The notes: a model not told the origin generated them from the letters alone. 42,556 nucleotides of DNA from an uncultured Bacteroidia bacterium (GCA_937922655.1 CALAJH010000019.1:1-42556), one strand, 5' to 3'. Numbered from the stretch's first letter, positions 1-9,741 are shown. Made by a program: numbers and translations.

Positions 1-393
1 GTTGAGTAGTTTCCACGATTCGTAGGAAAAGCCCGTTTTTCGCAAGTGGACTTTAAGCCCGGCGGGGTCGAAAAAGAGGTGGGAAATGTCGGGGCGGGGG
101 TTTGCGTTTTGGTCGCGCACCTGCCCCTTGTTTTCGGTGAAGGGAAAACCCGCATCCGGAGCGATGGAAGGCGTTGAGCTTTGAGGCGCGTCGTCGTTCC
201 AACTTCGCGTGCGCGGCATTGGGCCTGCGGGCCGAAAAACGTTTTGCACTTGCACGAACGCCCCCTCGTTACAACGCGGGGCAAGGGACGCAACGGCGTC
301 CCCATCGACACGGCGATGCCCGTTCGGGTCGCCGGCATAAACAACGCCGACGGCGAACGTCGAAAGCGCCAAAAACTTTAAATGTGTACACAT
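1..393 (-). CDS. Hypothetical protein, 5' portion (start codon at 393..391, runs off the left edge of the window)
   Basis: The minus-strand frame starting with ATG at 393 is open for all 131 codons to position 1 (MCTHLKFLALSTFAVGVVYAGDPNGH...). The GC-rich block 1..400 contrasts with the AT-rich block 400..1000. The plus-strand ORFs at 174..398 are Arg-rich junk typical of an antisense reading. I do not recognise a family. Confidence 0.3.
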   Translation of the reverse strand, partial: MCTHLKFLALSTFAVGVVYAGDPNGHRRVDGDAVASLAPRCNEGAFVQVQNVFRPAGPMPRTRSWNDDAPQSSTPSIAPDAGFPFTENKGQVRDQNANPRPDISHLFFDPAGLKVHLRKTGFSYESWKLLN

Positions 394-1002
394 ATTAAGG
401 TTAAGCTAAAAAAATGACTAATTTTATTTAAATCCAATAAACTTATATCGTAACTCAACTTCCGGCGATGTATTTCATACACGGCAAGAATGCAACTTTA
501 TCTCGAATGGGAAACAAATAAAAAAAGACAGGAAACAGCGCCAAACGACCGGTCCGCCAATTTTTAAACCACCCTCAAAATCTCATTTTCAATTCATTCC
601 GAACGGAATAAAAAATTAGAGTTTGCTACGCGTTTTTGTTAATAAAAGCGACCCGCCTCCCGTCTTTTTGTTTGGCGAAATTCGAAACTCCCCTCAAAAA
701 AGAGACTTCAAGAACTTTTTGCCTCCTAAACAAAGTTAAGTTATGCAAATTTATAGAAAATTCTCCGAAAAAAACGTATGACCTGTAAATAACTTCGATG
801 AGAAGCGCTTTTTTGGTGGCAATCGACGAAAGGTACGGTTTTGCGTTTCATCGCCTTGAATCTCAAATACAATGAGGGCGCCCCCCAAAAAAACAAGAAC
901 CGTTCGTTTTTAATATGCGGTCGCGCTTTTTGTTATTTCCACGAGCATCGACGTTCCTCTCAACGTCCGGCGAAGCCGCCGTAGATTCAAAAGGTATTCA
1001 AA

Positions 1003-1026
1003 GAAAAAGCCCGCCTTTCGGCGGGC
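1003..1026 (-). terminator. Rho-independent terminator downstream of tRNA-Pro
   Basis: Stem gcccgcc / ggcgggc with a tttc loop at 1009..1026. On the minus strand it is followed by a T-run (plus-strand aaaaa at 1003..1008). Confidence 0.4.
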
Positions 1027-1034
1027 GGAAAGGG

Positions 1035-1108
1035 TCGGAGAGACAGGATTTGAACCTGCGACCCCAACGTCCCGAACGTTGTGCGCTACCGGGCTGCGCT
1101 ACTCTCCG
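1035..1108 (-). tRNA. tRNA-Pro (anticodon CGG)
   Basis: The reverse complement folds as a cloverleaf: acceptor CGGAGAG/CTCTCCG, D-arm TAGCGCAGCCCGGTAGCGCA, anticodon loop TTCGGGA (CGG), T-arm GGTTCAAATCC. Confidence 0.85.
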
Positions 1109-1150
1109 TCAACGGCGCAAAGTTAGCGCCTATTCGGTAATCCGCCAAAT

Positions 1151-1408
1151 TTAAGATTTGTTTTCGCGCTTGCCGTAGCGGGCGAAGAATTTGTCCACGC
1201 GGCCCGCGGTGTCCACGAATTTTTGTTTGCCCGTAAAAAAAGGATGCGAGCGGCTGGAAATATCCAATTTAATAACCGGATAGGTATTTCCGTCCTCCCA
1301 TTCGATGGTTTCTTTGGAAAAGGCCGTCGAACGTCCTTTGAACATAAAGTCGCAGGACATATCTTTGAAAATCACGTCCCTATATTGGGGGTGGATGTCT
1401 TTTTTCAT
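1151..1408 (-). CDS. rpmE: 50S ribosomal protein L31
   Basis: 85 aa, [12 protein letters not shown]... N-terminus and overall length are typical of bacterial L31. Confidence 0.88.
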   Translation of the reverse strand: MKKDIHPQYRDVIFKDMSCDFMFKGRSTAFSKETIEWEDGNTYPVIKLDISSRSHPFFTGKQKFVDTAGRVDKFFARYGKRENKS

Positions 1409-1468
1409 TGCCGTGAAAGTCTATTGGGGCGCAAAATTATAAAATTTTGTGGAGGCCGCAAAATAAAT

Positions 1469-1990
1469 TTATTCTTTGAACTTCACTTTTCCTCTGGGCT
1501 TGTGAATGCGCCAGCGGTTGAACGAGGCGTCCGCGACAAGGCTGTCGCCGTAAATGGTTTCTTTGTCGGTAGAGACTTTGACCAACGCACCCGTGGAAAT
1601 AAGATTGGTTTTACGATGCCAACGAAGTTTTTCGGTTTCGAGGCGCTCGTTTTTTTGATTGACGACGACGACGTTCTCCGACGCTTCGGCATAGTCGCGT
1701 TTGTTGTACATGACGGCACGGCGAGCGGTAAGCCGGCTGTCTTCGCGTCCCGACGAATCAAAAAACTGAATTTTTACGCCGTTTTCGAGAAAAGTAAGAA
1801 TTTCATCGCCGTCAAGACGTTCAACGACGTAAGGCGACTCTAGTATTGCCCTGAGCCGCGACCCTTCGTGGTAATAATAACGGGCGTTGTATATTTCGTT
1901 GAGGGGCTCTTTTTTTCTGGCGGCCTCAAAATCGGGCGGGGTTTCGGGCGGAGGACCGCATGCCCCTAAGGTCAATGCCGCCCAAAGCAT
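1469..1990 (-). CDS. LptC-like periplasmic lipoprotein (LPS export); start placed at internal Met preceding the lipobox
   Basis: MLWAALTLGAC lipoprotein signal with lipobox Cys. Length (~173 aa) and beta-rich pattern (ILTF..GVKIQFFD..G...S.LTARRAVMY.....A.....VVV) resemble the LptC/OstA-like fold. Family assignment is by pattern only. Confidence 0.45.
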   Translation of the reverse strand: MLWAALTLGACGPPPETPPDFEAARKKEPLNEIYNARYYYHEGSRLRAILESPYVVERLDGDEILTFLENGVKIQFFDSSGREDSRLTARRAVMYNKRDYAEASENVVVVNQKNERLETEKLRWHRKTNLISTGALVKVSTDKETIYGDSLVADASFNRWRIHKPRGKVKFKE

Positions 1991-1997
1991 CGATAGT

Positions 1998-2717
1998 CTA
2001 CGCAAAGCAGTCGGAAAAAGTGTAGACGCCCGGTTTTTGACGCACCAGCCATTCGGCGGCGAATACGGCGCCGTCGGCAAAGCAGGTACGGTCGCGGGCG
2101 TCGTGAACCAAACTTATTTCCTCGTATTGGGAAACAAACGCCAGCCGATGAACCCCGACGATATCCCCGGCACGACTCGACGCAACACTCAAAACCTCGG
2201 GCGCAAGGGCATGGCCGCAAACCCCGAAATCCGATTTTCGGTCCAGTTCGGAAACGACGACTTGCGCCAAAACTTTTGCCGTTCCCGAGGGTGCGTCCGC
2301 TTTTCGGCGATGATGGCGCTCTTCGATGTAAGCGTCGAAATTAGGATGGGAGTTCATGCGACGCGACAATTCGCGCGCCGTTTGCAAGAAAACCTGCACG
2401 CCGACGCTAAAATTCGCGGCGTACAACAAACGCCCCGCGGTTTCACCGGTCAAACGGACAACCTCGTCGCGTTCGTCGTCCCAGCCCGTCGTGCCGACAA
2501 CGACCGGAAGGCCCGCGTTCAACAACACGCGAACGGCGGCCGCAGCGGCGGAAGGCGGGGTGAAAACGATGCCGACGTCGCAATTTTCGGGCCTTAAAAG
2601 AGCAACGTCGGCGGCGTTGCCGGAACGGATTTGAGCGACGATTTCGTGACCGCGCGTTACGGCCGACTCTCCTACCCTACTGCCCGTCTTTCCCACGCCT
2701 ATCAACGCAATTCTCAT
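1998..2717 (-). CDS. dapB: 4-hydroxy-tetrahydrodipicolinate reductase
   Basis: MRIALIGVGKTG Rossmann N-terminus and the conserved EERHHRRKADAPSGTA motif; 239 aa. Confidence 0.9.
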   Translation of the reverse strand: MRIALIGVGKTGSRVGESAVTRGHEIVAQIRSGNAADVALLRPENCDVGIVFTPPSAAAAAVRVLLNAGLPVVVGTTGWDDERDEVVRLTGETAGRLLYAANFSVGVQVFLQTARELSRRMNSHPNFDAYIEERHHRRKADAPSGTAKVLAQVVVSELDRKSDFGVCGHALAPEVLSVASSRAGDIVGVHRLAFVSQYEEISLVHDARDRTCFADGAVFAAEWLVRQKPGVYTFSDCFA

Positions 2718-3175
2718 AGGTTTTCAGGCAAACGACGTTGAATAAATTCGAAAAGACCGTTGGCATCGGAGGTGCCGATGCGAACTTTGCCGGCGGCGGT
2801 CTCCAATTCGACGGCGGAACCGAAGCCCACGCTGTAAATGCGAACGCCGCCGCGCCGCAATATCCCCCAGCCGTAATACCATGGATTGTAAACCACGCGC
2901 ACGGAACGAATCGCACTCAACGGAAAACGAAACGAAACCAGCCCGGGTCCAAAAGCGACGACAAGCTCTTTCTCGTCCACGGAAACGGTCGCGACCGTGA
3001 AATTGACGACGTATAAGAGCGCCAAACCCACGGGGACGTAAAAAAGGAGCGCGGCGCCCATGTCGAGCCGGCTTTGAGGAACGATGTAAAACAGACGGCC
3101 GGCAACAAGCGTTATCGCGCCGCCCAGCGCCGGGGCCGCCCAACCAATTTGCGTTCGTTGATAGGTTTGGTTCAT
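2714..3175 (-). CDS. Hypothetical membrane protein
   Basis: 153-aa ORF with two or three hydrophobic helices (ITLVAGRLFYIV, LLFYVPVGLALLYVV). It overlaps dapB by 4 nt, which suggests operon coupling. Confidence 0.5.
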   Translation of the reverse strand: MNQTYQRTQIGWAAPALGGAITLVAGRLFYIVPQSRLDMGAALLFYVPVGLALLYVVNFTVATVSVDEKELVVAFGPGLVSFRFPLSAIRSVRVVYNPWYYGWGILRRGGVRIYSVGFGSAVELETAAGKVRIGTSDANGLFEFIQRRLPENL

Positions 3176-3190
3176 AACGACGGGGCAAAG

Positions 3191-4126
3191 TTACGAAAAA
3201 CCGGGCAGGGTGGCGGCGGCGGTTGGAGCGTCGATTTCGCGGCCGCAGCGAAAATGCCCCTTCGGACAACTTTTTTTTCCGTGCAAACCACAGGGACGAC
3301 AATCCAAGCCGTGCGTTTCCAAGACAACGGAATCGTCGGAAACGGGACCGAAACCGAAACGGGGAACCGTCGAACAAAAAAAGGCGGTAACGGGGGCGTT
3401 GACGGCGCCGGCGATGTGCAAGGGCGCGCTGTCGTTGGCAAAAACCCGAACGGCGTTTTTCATCAGCCCCGCCACTTGCGGCAAACTCAACTCGCCGGCC
3501 AAATTAACGGCCCAATCGCCCGCAACGCGCGTGCAAACCTCGCGCTCGTTCGGGGCGCCGACGACGCAAACCTTGATTTTTTCGGCCAAAATTTTCGCCA
3601 ATTCGGGCCAATGCGCCCACGCCTTCGTCGCCCACACCGAAGCAGGCGCCAAAACCACGTATTTTCCGTCCATTTCCGGCTCTTCAACCCGCACACGGGG
3701 TCGTTCCCATTGGTGTATTCCCAAGGCTTTGAGCAGTTCGGCGTTGCGTTCGAGTTCGTGCCTGCCGTCGATAAAGTGTGGAACGCGGTAAGTGAAAAAC
3801 GAAGACCACGGATTTTTATCGAAACCTACCGTAATTTTTGCCCCCGATAAAACGGTCATCGCCCCGGTGGAAAAAAAACGTTGCAAATTGACAAAAACAT
3901 CGGGAGAAAAACGACGTATTTCCGTCAAATTTTGTAAAAAATGACGGTATTTGTCATATCGCTTTTCCCAAACGACCACCGGCCCGGGAACGATGGATTC
4001 GTTTCCTTTTCTTACCCAATAACGCACGTCGGCGTCGGGAAAAGCCCTTTGGAGAGCCTGCACGACCGACAAACCCAAAACCGCGTCGCCCAAAAACGCG
4101 GTCTGCGCCACGACCACGCGCCTCAA
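3191..4126 (-). CDS. Glycosyltransferase family 9 (ADP-heptose:LPS heptosyltransferase-like)
   Basis: 311 aa with a GT9 pattern: N-terminal MRRVVVAQTAFLGDAV, then KYVVLAPASVWATKAW....VVGAPNE...LAGELSLPQVAGLMKNAVRVFANDSAPLHIAGAVNAP. Confidence 0.8.
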   Translation of the reverse strand: MRRVVVAQTAFLGDAVLGLSVVQALQRAFPDADVRYWVRKGNESIVPGPVVVWEKRYDKYRHFLQNLTEIRRFSPDVFVNLQRFFSTGAMTVLSGAKITVGFDKNPWSSFFTYRVPHFIDGRHELERNAELLKALGIHQWERPRVRVEEPEMDGKYVVLAPASVWATKAWAHWPELAKILAEKIKVCVVGAPNEREVCTRVAGDWAVNLAGELSLPQVAGLMKNAVRVFANDSAPLHIAGAVNAPVTAFFCSTVPRFGFGPVSDDSVVLETHGLDCRPCGLHGKKSCPKGHFRCGREIDAPTAAATLPGFS

Positions 4127-4797
4127 TCAAAAAGCGAATTAAAATACCACAACATACAAAAACCATAGTTCATGTAGCGAACGGGGACGCGCTCGAAACC
4201 GTTGACGATTTCGTCGTTGAACGGTAAAAGATTGGCGTGAACCCTAAAAGTAAACGGTCCCGAGCGAAAGCGAAACGTAACTTCGGCACATGCGGCGGGA
4301 GCCACGAAATTCAGCGACATTCGCGACGGTATCCCCGTCGAAGAAAGATAAGGCGAACCAAAATACGTATAGTTGAACCCGAGGCCGACCCCCGCCCCGA
4401 CTTTTTGTTGGTTGAAATTGGTGCATCCCGCGCCAATTCTTCCCAATAAAAACATCGGCGCCTGAAACATGAAATTCAAGCCGTTGCGCCAACCCAAAGC
4501 AAAATGAATATTGGGATTGGCGCTCAGACTCATAAAATCATTGCCGTGCAGAAAGACGTAATTGCCTCCAAAATTTATGCTCCAAACCGTCGGTTGCGGC
4601 ACGAAATACGGCAAGCCGTCTCGCCGGTCGTGAACCTCGATGACTTCCAAACCCATGCCCACGTAAAATTGGGTCTTTTCCTGCCAATCTTCGGGACCGC
4701 CCGAAGAATTGTTGCTACTCTTTTTCGGCTGCGCCCAAACGAAAAGAGGCAAAGCCCAAAAAGCCAACGCCCACCAAGTTTTTCTATCGCGTCTCAT
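4123..4797 (-). CDS. Small outer-membrane beta-barrel protein (OmpA-like/PorT-like size class)
   Basis: Signal peptide MRRDRKTWWALAFWALPLFVWAQP. About 225 aa, rich in Gly/Asn/Phe/Tyr alternating strands (NFGGNYVFLHGN, GAGVGLGFNYTYFG), and ends in an aromatic residue-rich C-terminus. Start chosen at Met13 of the track ORF. Confidence 0.5.
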   Translation of the reverse strand: MRRDRKTWWALAFWALPLFVWAQPKKSSNNSSGGPEDWQEKTQFYVGMGLEVIEVHDRRDGLPYFVPQPTVWSINFGGNYVFLHGNDFMSLSANPNIHFALGWRNGLNFMFQAPMFLLGRIGAGCTNFNQQKVGAGVGLGFNYTYFGSPYLSSTGIPSRMSLNFVAPAACAEVTFRFRSGPFTFRVHANLLPFNDEIVNGFERVPVRYMNYGFCMLWYFNSLFD

Positions 4798-5049
4798 GCA
4801 AAGTAACGGCCTGATTTTTAACGAATTTATCAATATTTTAGCTTGAATCCAAACGCAATATACGTTTTTTTTCAGAGGCGCGCGAAGAGCCTCGCATCAA
4901 ACGCCCCGGCTTTCGTCGTCGCAAGTCGGCGTTTTCGGAACGCATTCGTTTCGGCACGCGGCGACGCCGCCCGCCGGGAAGCCTATGCTTCGTTCCCAGG
5001 TTCGCGGAGAAAAAACACCCATCCCAACGCCGGCCCCACCATCGTCGCC

Positions 5050-5739
5050 TCATCTTATGAAATGAAACTCACGCAAGGTCGGCGAAACGTGGAACAGTTT
5101 ATATCCCGCCTTGTGCAGCTCGTTTATCGAATCCAAGGTGTCTTTCCGCGTCAGACCGGGATACATCCCATGATGGTATTCGACGAGCAGCTGTTTGGGA
5201 AATATTTTTTTCTTTACCAAATCCGAAACCACGCCGTATTCCGAACCCTCGATATCCATTTTGAGTACGTCAATGTTTTCATGGCCCAACTCGTTCATTA
5301 TCACGTCCAAAGTTTTGAATTCGGCTTCGAAGGCGGGCGCGGCGTGGGTGGTTTTCGGAACGATGGTGTGCGAAATATGCTCGGGATTGTCGGGCGGGTA
5401 AAAAGTGCGAAAACCGTTGAAGTCGGCCAATCCGTAAGAATGGACTATCAAATCGGGACGGTCGTGATGTTCTTTAACCCAAGCAATAGAGGCGGGAGTC
5501 GGGTCGAAGGCGTGGATTTTCAAGCCAAAACGCTCGATAAAGCCGATATCGAAAGAAACGTCCGTCCCGATGCCAAAAGAATACACGACGCTGTCGGCAT
5601 GGATGAAAGGCGTACATACGACCCAGCCACCGTAAACGGCCCCGAAACGTCGTACCCCATCGAATTGAACGAGTTTTACGTGGGGAAGCGGAGCAAGAAA
5701 AATTTTTCGGCGGATGGCGTAATACACACGGCGAATCAT
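5050..5739 (-). CDS. FkbM-family SAM-dependent methyltransferase
   Basis: VYSFGIGTDVSFD (the FGxG motif of the FkbM family) and ...MDIEGSEYGVV, a typical MDIEGxE motif. 229 aa. Confidence 0.8.
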   Translation of the reverse strand: MIRRVYYAIRRKIFLAPLPHVKLVQFDGVRRFGAVYGGWVVCTPFIHADSVVYSFGIGTDVSFDIGFIERFGLKIHAFDPTPASIAWVKEHHDRPDLIVHSYGLADFNGFRTFYPPDNPEHISHTIVPKTTHAAPAFEAEFKTLDVIMNELGHENIDVLKMDIEGSEYGVVSDLVKKKIFPKQLLVEYHHGMYPGLTRKDTLDSINELHKAGYKLFHVSPTLREFHFIR

Positions 5740-5760
5740 ACGATAAATGCAATTTAACCT

Positions 5761-8700
5761 TTAATGCATCCTGACGATACGGGTGTGAGCCGTTGCGCTA
5801 ACGCCGTCCACGTCGATAACGCGGATTTTTGCAAAATACACGCCGTGACCGGCCTGTCCTCCGCCCGCTTGGGTTCCGTCCCAAACAAAACGTCGGCAGG
5901 TGCTTGAATTTTCGACAACGGTTTCGCGGATACGAAAAACCGTGCGTCCCAAAGCGTCAACGACCGTCAATTCGACGTCCAGATCTTCACCCGTGCGGTT
6001 GTGGTTGAATACAAATTTAACTTCGCCAAAAGTCGGGTTCGGGTAGGCGTAAAAACCGTCGAGGGCAAATTTGTTGCCGACGACGAACCGGGTTTCGCCG
6101 GTGGCCGAATGGTTGGCTACGTCCCACGCTTTGACGCTAATGTGATGAGGGCCTTCGGCAAGATTAACCATAGGATATTTGACCCAGCCGGCGGTGGGAT
6201 TGTCGAGGTCGGCTACAAAAAATTCGTTGAGTCGAAGGGGTTGGGATTCGTCGCCGTCGAGCACGCCCATGATGTCGCGTCCCAACCCCAATCCCGTAGC
6301 GTTGATGCCCGTATCGTCGCTGATACGTACCCAAAGTTCGGGATTCGGACCGGTAAGCGAACCCTCGCGCCAATCCTCGCCGTCGATGTACACTTTTACC
6401 GTCGGCGGCGCGCCGTCGGCAACGACGTCGGGCGCCGTGCAGCAAACCACGACGTTGGCAAACCCCGCGGCGTCTTCTTGGTCGTTGTGGGCGTAAACGC
6501 TGATTTTTCCGTCGCCCGATTCATAGGATATATCCGAAGGCACGACTAAAGAAATTTCAAAACGACCGTCGGTTACGCTCGCCTTGCCGGTGAATATTCG
6601 ATTTTTTTGCCATTGATATTCAAGGTTGCCCAAAAGCGTGCGGAAGGTTTGAGGTTTGTCGAAAACGGTTACGTAAGCGACGCCGTTCCAATTTTCGATG
6701 CGGTTGCCGTCGTTGTCGCGCACCTCGCCCCGCAGAGTGTAGCGCCCCAAAGCGTTGATTTGCGTTGTCTCGTTTCCATGGACGTCGACAACGGCGGTAA
6801 CGACGACGTTGTGTTTGGGCCACATGGGTTCGAGGGCGGGGTCGCCGAGGAGGCAAAACGTTCGGGTGTTGAGGTCGTTGCCGGGATAGACGTCGTTTTT
6901 GCAGTCGCGGATGATTTCGCCGAAGGTACGATGACGGCCGTCGGGCAGTTTTTGAAACGCCCGGGAATAAAAGGCTCTGTTCAAGCGAAAATTGGGGGAG
7001 GAGTAGACCTCGCGGTTGGCGGTGAGGAGGGCGACGGCGCCGCCGTCGGGATTGTTGAAAGCCTGTTCGGCGCCGCAGGGAACTTTTCCGCGGTCGAATT
7101 GTCCAAAATTGCACGTAGCCGTAATCCAAAACGGCGTTTTTTCACCGTTTTTCAACCGGGCGATGTCTTCCGACTCCAAAATATACGAATTGGACAAGCC
7201 CGTTTCCCCACCGTGACCCGTGTAATTGACGAAAAGCGAACCCGCATTCAATCGTCGAAATATCGCCTCGTTGGCCCTCGGAAAACGTAAACCGTCCGCT
7301 TGATTGACGGCGGGATACTGGGAAATGTATATTTTGTCCACGTTCAAAAACGGTTTTAACGGACGGATAACGCCTTTGTCCAAACTGTCGGCCTCTCTGA
7401 TATGTCCCGGTTCGCCGGTTTTGTAGTCGGCCATCAAAACGGCCTCGGTGCGCCACGGGCCGAAAGAGGGGCCGGCGTAACGCAGAATTTTATCCACCGC
7501 GCTTTGGGCCTGCGCCGGAGACGAAACGGGCAAACGGCCCACGCCGACATCCAATTTCTGTAAGCCCTGACCCGGGTCCTGCTCTTCGAGCAGACCCACG
7601 CCCGCCTCGTTCCATTCGCCCTCGTCGTCGTCGAGCATTCCAAAATAATCCTCGCCGCAATAAGCGTCCACGCTGTACATCGATTGACGGGCTTGATAAG
7701 TGGGTAAAAACGCGCCGTCGTTCATGAGGTTGCGGTTGTCGTAAGAGCCGTCGCCAAAAAGCAAAACAAAACGCAATCCGCCACGGTCGTAAAACATTTT
7801 GGCCAAATCCCGGATGGCCGTAACGTCTGCCGTTCCCGCCGAAAATTCGTTGTAAACGTGTTCGACGTTGACGACGCGTACCGTCAGGCCGCGCGAACGG
7901 TGAAACTCGGCCAAACGCTCGGCTTGTTCTTGAAACAGCGGATGGGTAACGATAAGATAGTCGGGAACGGAAAGTCCGTGAAGGTCTTGGTTGTCCACCC
8001 GGGCGACAAACTTGGGCCGCGTAAAAGCCGACGACGAAAACGCCACCCAACGCTTGCCCGTGGTCGAAAAAGAAAAATTTTGGCCGTCCACGACGCCTTC
8101 CTGACGGGCGGGAGAAACGGGGTCGGAAACGTCCCATATTGTATAGCCCGAATGATAACGTTCAAGCGTCAGCCGACGAACGCCGTTCGAAGGCGGCAAA
8201 TAAAAGGGAAAAAACGCGCCCGTGAGCGCCAACCGTCGTTGATACGATACGCGAATAAAGTCCAGCCACGCCTGTGCAACGCCGTTTTTGACGTAACTTA
8301 ACGTAACATCGGCCCTTGCCGAAGCGAAAAGCGACGAGGGCAAAAAGAACGTGGTACGATTGAGCACGGCAACGCGGTTGTGATTCGTGTTGGCGCCGTA
8401 AACCAAAGTTTGAAGCGTTTGGCCGCCAACCCGTACATTCATGTTTGTGGGATTAAGGGAATTGGCGGCCGAACGAATTTGGAAACGAACGCTGTCGCCG
8501 ACGTTGTCGGCAAGGTTGAAGGAATAATTGCGTTCGGTAACAAAATCGAATTTGTCGCCGAACCACATTCTTCCCGCTTTTCCAAGGTTTTCGCGGTCTT
8601 CGTCCCATATTTCGACGGAGGTAAATTCGCGGATTTGGCTTCCGCCTTCTCCGGCGGGCAGGGATGAGATGCGTTTGCCGGCGCTTCCGCCGTAAGTGAG

Positions 8701-9507
8701 CAAATAACACGTTTCGTCGGAAAAGAGGTGGTTTTCGTGGCGGTATTCTTGGTGGTTTTCGTGCCAAAAGACGCTTCGCGGGCCTTGTCCGTAAAAAAGC
8801 AGGTAATCCGAATCGTTGAACACGCCGTCGTCCTGCCCCGAGGCGAAAAGAGCGAGTTGGGCGTTGTCGTCGTGGCGAAAGGCGTCGTTGGCTTGCGGCA
8901 ACATTCCGCCCGGACGACCGTAAATTTTAAGCGTGCGCGGGTCGACGTCGGCGGGGTTGATTCCCATGTCCTGCAACATTTTCCGGTCGATGATGTAAAT
9001 TCCGTCGGCGGCAACGGAAATTTTGAACCACGGCCCGTCGGCAAGGACGGAACGTTCGGCGTAAACGCGTTCTTCGGCGGTTTTGGCGACATGGGTTTCG
9101 AGGCGATAACGAATGCGCTCGTTTTTTTCCACCACGACCCCCGAACGATGTACGCGAAACGGATACAACCGCGCGGTATGAAATTTGACTTTTTGAACGG
9201 TAAAAGACGGGCCGGGAACCAGTACGGACGACGGATAAAAATCCGAATCGCCGAAAACGGAAAGATCGAGATTAAAACGTTCGTCGCGTACCCTTTGTCC
9301 GGCGTTTTCTTCAAGCACGGGTTTGCCCTCGGTTTCCAAGAAAAAGTAAGGCAAACCATGTTCGTCGTATTGCGCCCCGTCGAAGCGGTAAGTCCAAACC
9401 GGCTTTTCGTTTACGTATACGAGGGTGTCGCGCACGTTTTTAACCACGAATTGTCCGTGAACGGCGCCCGCCATCCAAAACAACACCCAAAAAATTTTCG
9501 TCCTCAT
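5761..9507 (-). CDS. porU: Type IX secretion system sortase PorU (C25 gingipain-like peptidase family) with its own C-terminal T9SS domain
   Basis: Signal peptide MRTKIFWVLFWMAGAVHG. C25-type catalytic His (YTGHGGETG) and Cys (WITATCNFGQFD) motifs. About 1248 aa. The C-terminus has a CTD-like beta-sandwich (FYAYPNPTFGEVKFVFN...VELTVVDALGRTVF...VYFAKIRV). Confidence 0.8.
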   Translation of the reverse strand: MRTKIFWVLFWMAGAVHGQFVVKNVRDTLVYVNEKPVWTYRFDGAQYDEHGLPYFFLETEGKPVLEENAGQRVRDERFNLDLSVFGDSDFYPSSVLVPGPSFTVQKVKFHTARLYPFRVHRSGVVVEKNERIRYRLETHVAKTAEERVYAERSVLADGPWFKISVAADGIYIIDRKMLQDMGINPADVDPRTLKIYGRPGGMLPQANDAFRHDDNAQLALFASGQDDGVFNDSDYLLFYGQGPRSVFWHENHQEYRHENHLFSDETCYLLTYGGSAGKRISSLPAGEGGSQIREFTSVEIWDEDRENLGKAGRMWFGDKFDFVTERNYSFNLADNVGDSVRFQIRSAANSLNPTNMNVRVGGQTLQTLVYGANTNHNRVAVLNRTTFFLPSSLFASARADVTLSYVKNGVAQAWLDFIRVSYQRRLALTGAFFPFYLPPSNGVRRLTLERYHSGYTIWDVSDPVSPARQEGVVDGQNFSFSTTGKRWVAFSSSAFTRPKFVARVDNQDLHGLSVPDYLIVTHPLFQEQAERLAEFHRSRGLTVRVVNVEHVYNEFSAGTADVTAIRDLAKMFYDRGGLRFVLLFGDGSYDNRNLMNDGAFLPTYQARQSMYSVDAYCGEDYFGMLDDDEGEWNEAGVGLLEEQDPGQGLQKLDVGVGRLPVSSPAQAQSAVDKILRYAGPSFGPWRTEAVLMADYKTGEPGHIREADSLDKGVIRPLKPFLNVDKIYISQYPAVNQADGLRFPRANEAIFRRLNAGSLFVNYTGHGGETGLSNSYILESEDIARLKNGEKTPFWITATCNFGQFDRGKVPCGAEQAFNNPDGGAVALLTANREVYSSPNFRLNRAFYSRAFQKLPDGRHRTFGEIIRDCKNDVYPGNDLNTRTFCLLGDPALEPMWPKHNVVVTAVVDVHGNETTQINALGRYTLRGEVRDNDGNRIENWNGVAYVTVFDKPQTFRTLLGNLEYQWQKNRIFTGKASVTDGRFEISLVVPSDISYESGDGKISVYAHNDQEDAAGFANVVVCCTAPDVVADGAPPTVKVYIDGEDWREGSLTGPNPELWVRISDDTGINATGLGLGRDIMGVLDGDESQPLRLNEFFVADLDNPTAGWVKYPMVNLAEGPHHISVKAWDVANHSATGETRFVVGNKFALDGFYAYPNPTFGEVKFVFNHNRTGEDLDVELTVVDALGRTVFRIRETVVENSSTCRRFVWDGTQAGGGQAGHGVYFAKIRVIDVDGVSATAHTRIVRMH

Positions 9508-9733
9508 ATGCCGATGCAAAGATAACGTAAAACCTTGTTTATAGAAACGGTTGGAATCGAGGGTTCAAAATTTATAAAACGGAGGTGTGCCTATTCAAAA
9601 AAACACATTCGAATTTTACGCGTTACGAATCGAAAAAGTTGCGAAAAACGGTAAAAAACTTCCCATTCCCACCCGCGCTTGCCGCGACGCAATCCGCAAA
9701 ACCCCGGTTTCGGCAAACCAACGCGAATTTTGT

Positions 9734-9741
9734 TAATTTTG
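9734..9741 (+). promoter_or_regulatory. Candidate Bacteroidota sigma-A -7 element (TAATTTTG) upstream of lemA
   Basis: Exact match to the TAnnTTTG -7 consensus 60 nt upstream of the lemA ATG. No convincing -33 TTG at canonical spacing. Confidence 0.2.

Noticed and set aside
382-393. Perfect 12-bp palindrome atgtgtacacat overlapping the candidate start codon
   Set aside because: A 12-bp perfect palindrome is expected several times by chance in 42 kb. There are no flanking half-site repeats.
174-398. Plus-strand ORFs 174..398 and 181..381
   Set aside because: Arg-rich, low-complexity translations. The same DNA read on the minus strand gives a stop-free 131-codon frame starting at ATG 393, which I consider the more likely gene.
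1223-1843. 206-aa plus-strand ORF spanning rpmE and the LptC-like gene
   Set aside because: It overlaps two better-supported minus-strand genes and its translation is featureless.
4843-5757. 304-aa plus-strand ORF opposite the FkbM methyltransferase
   Set aside because: Antisense to a gene with clear FkbM motifs. It has no recognisable domain.
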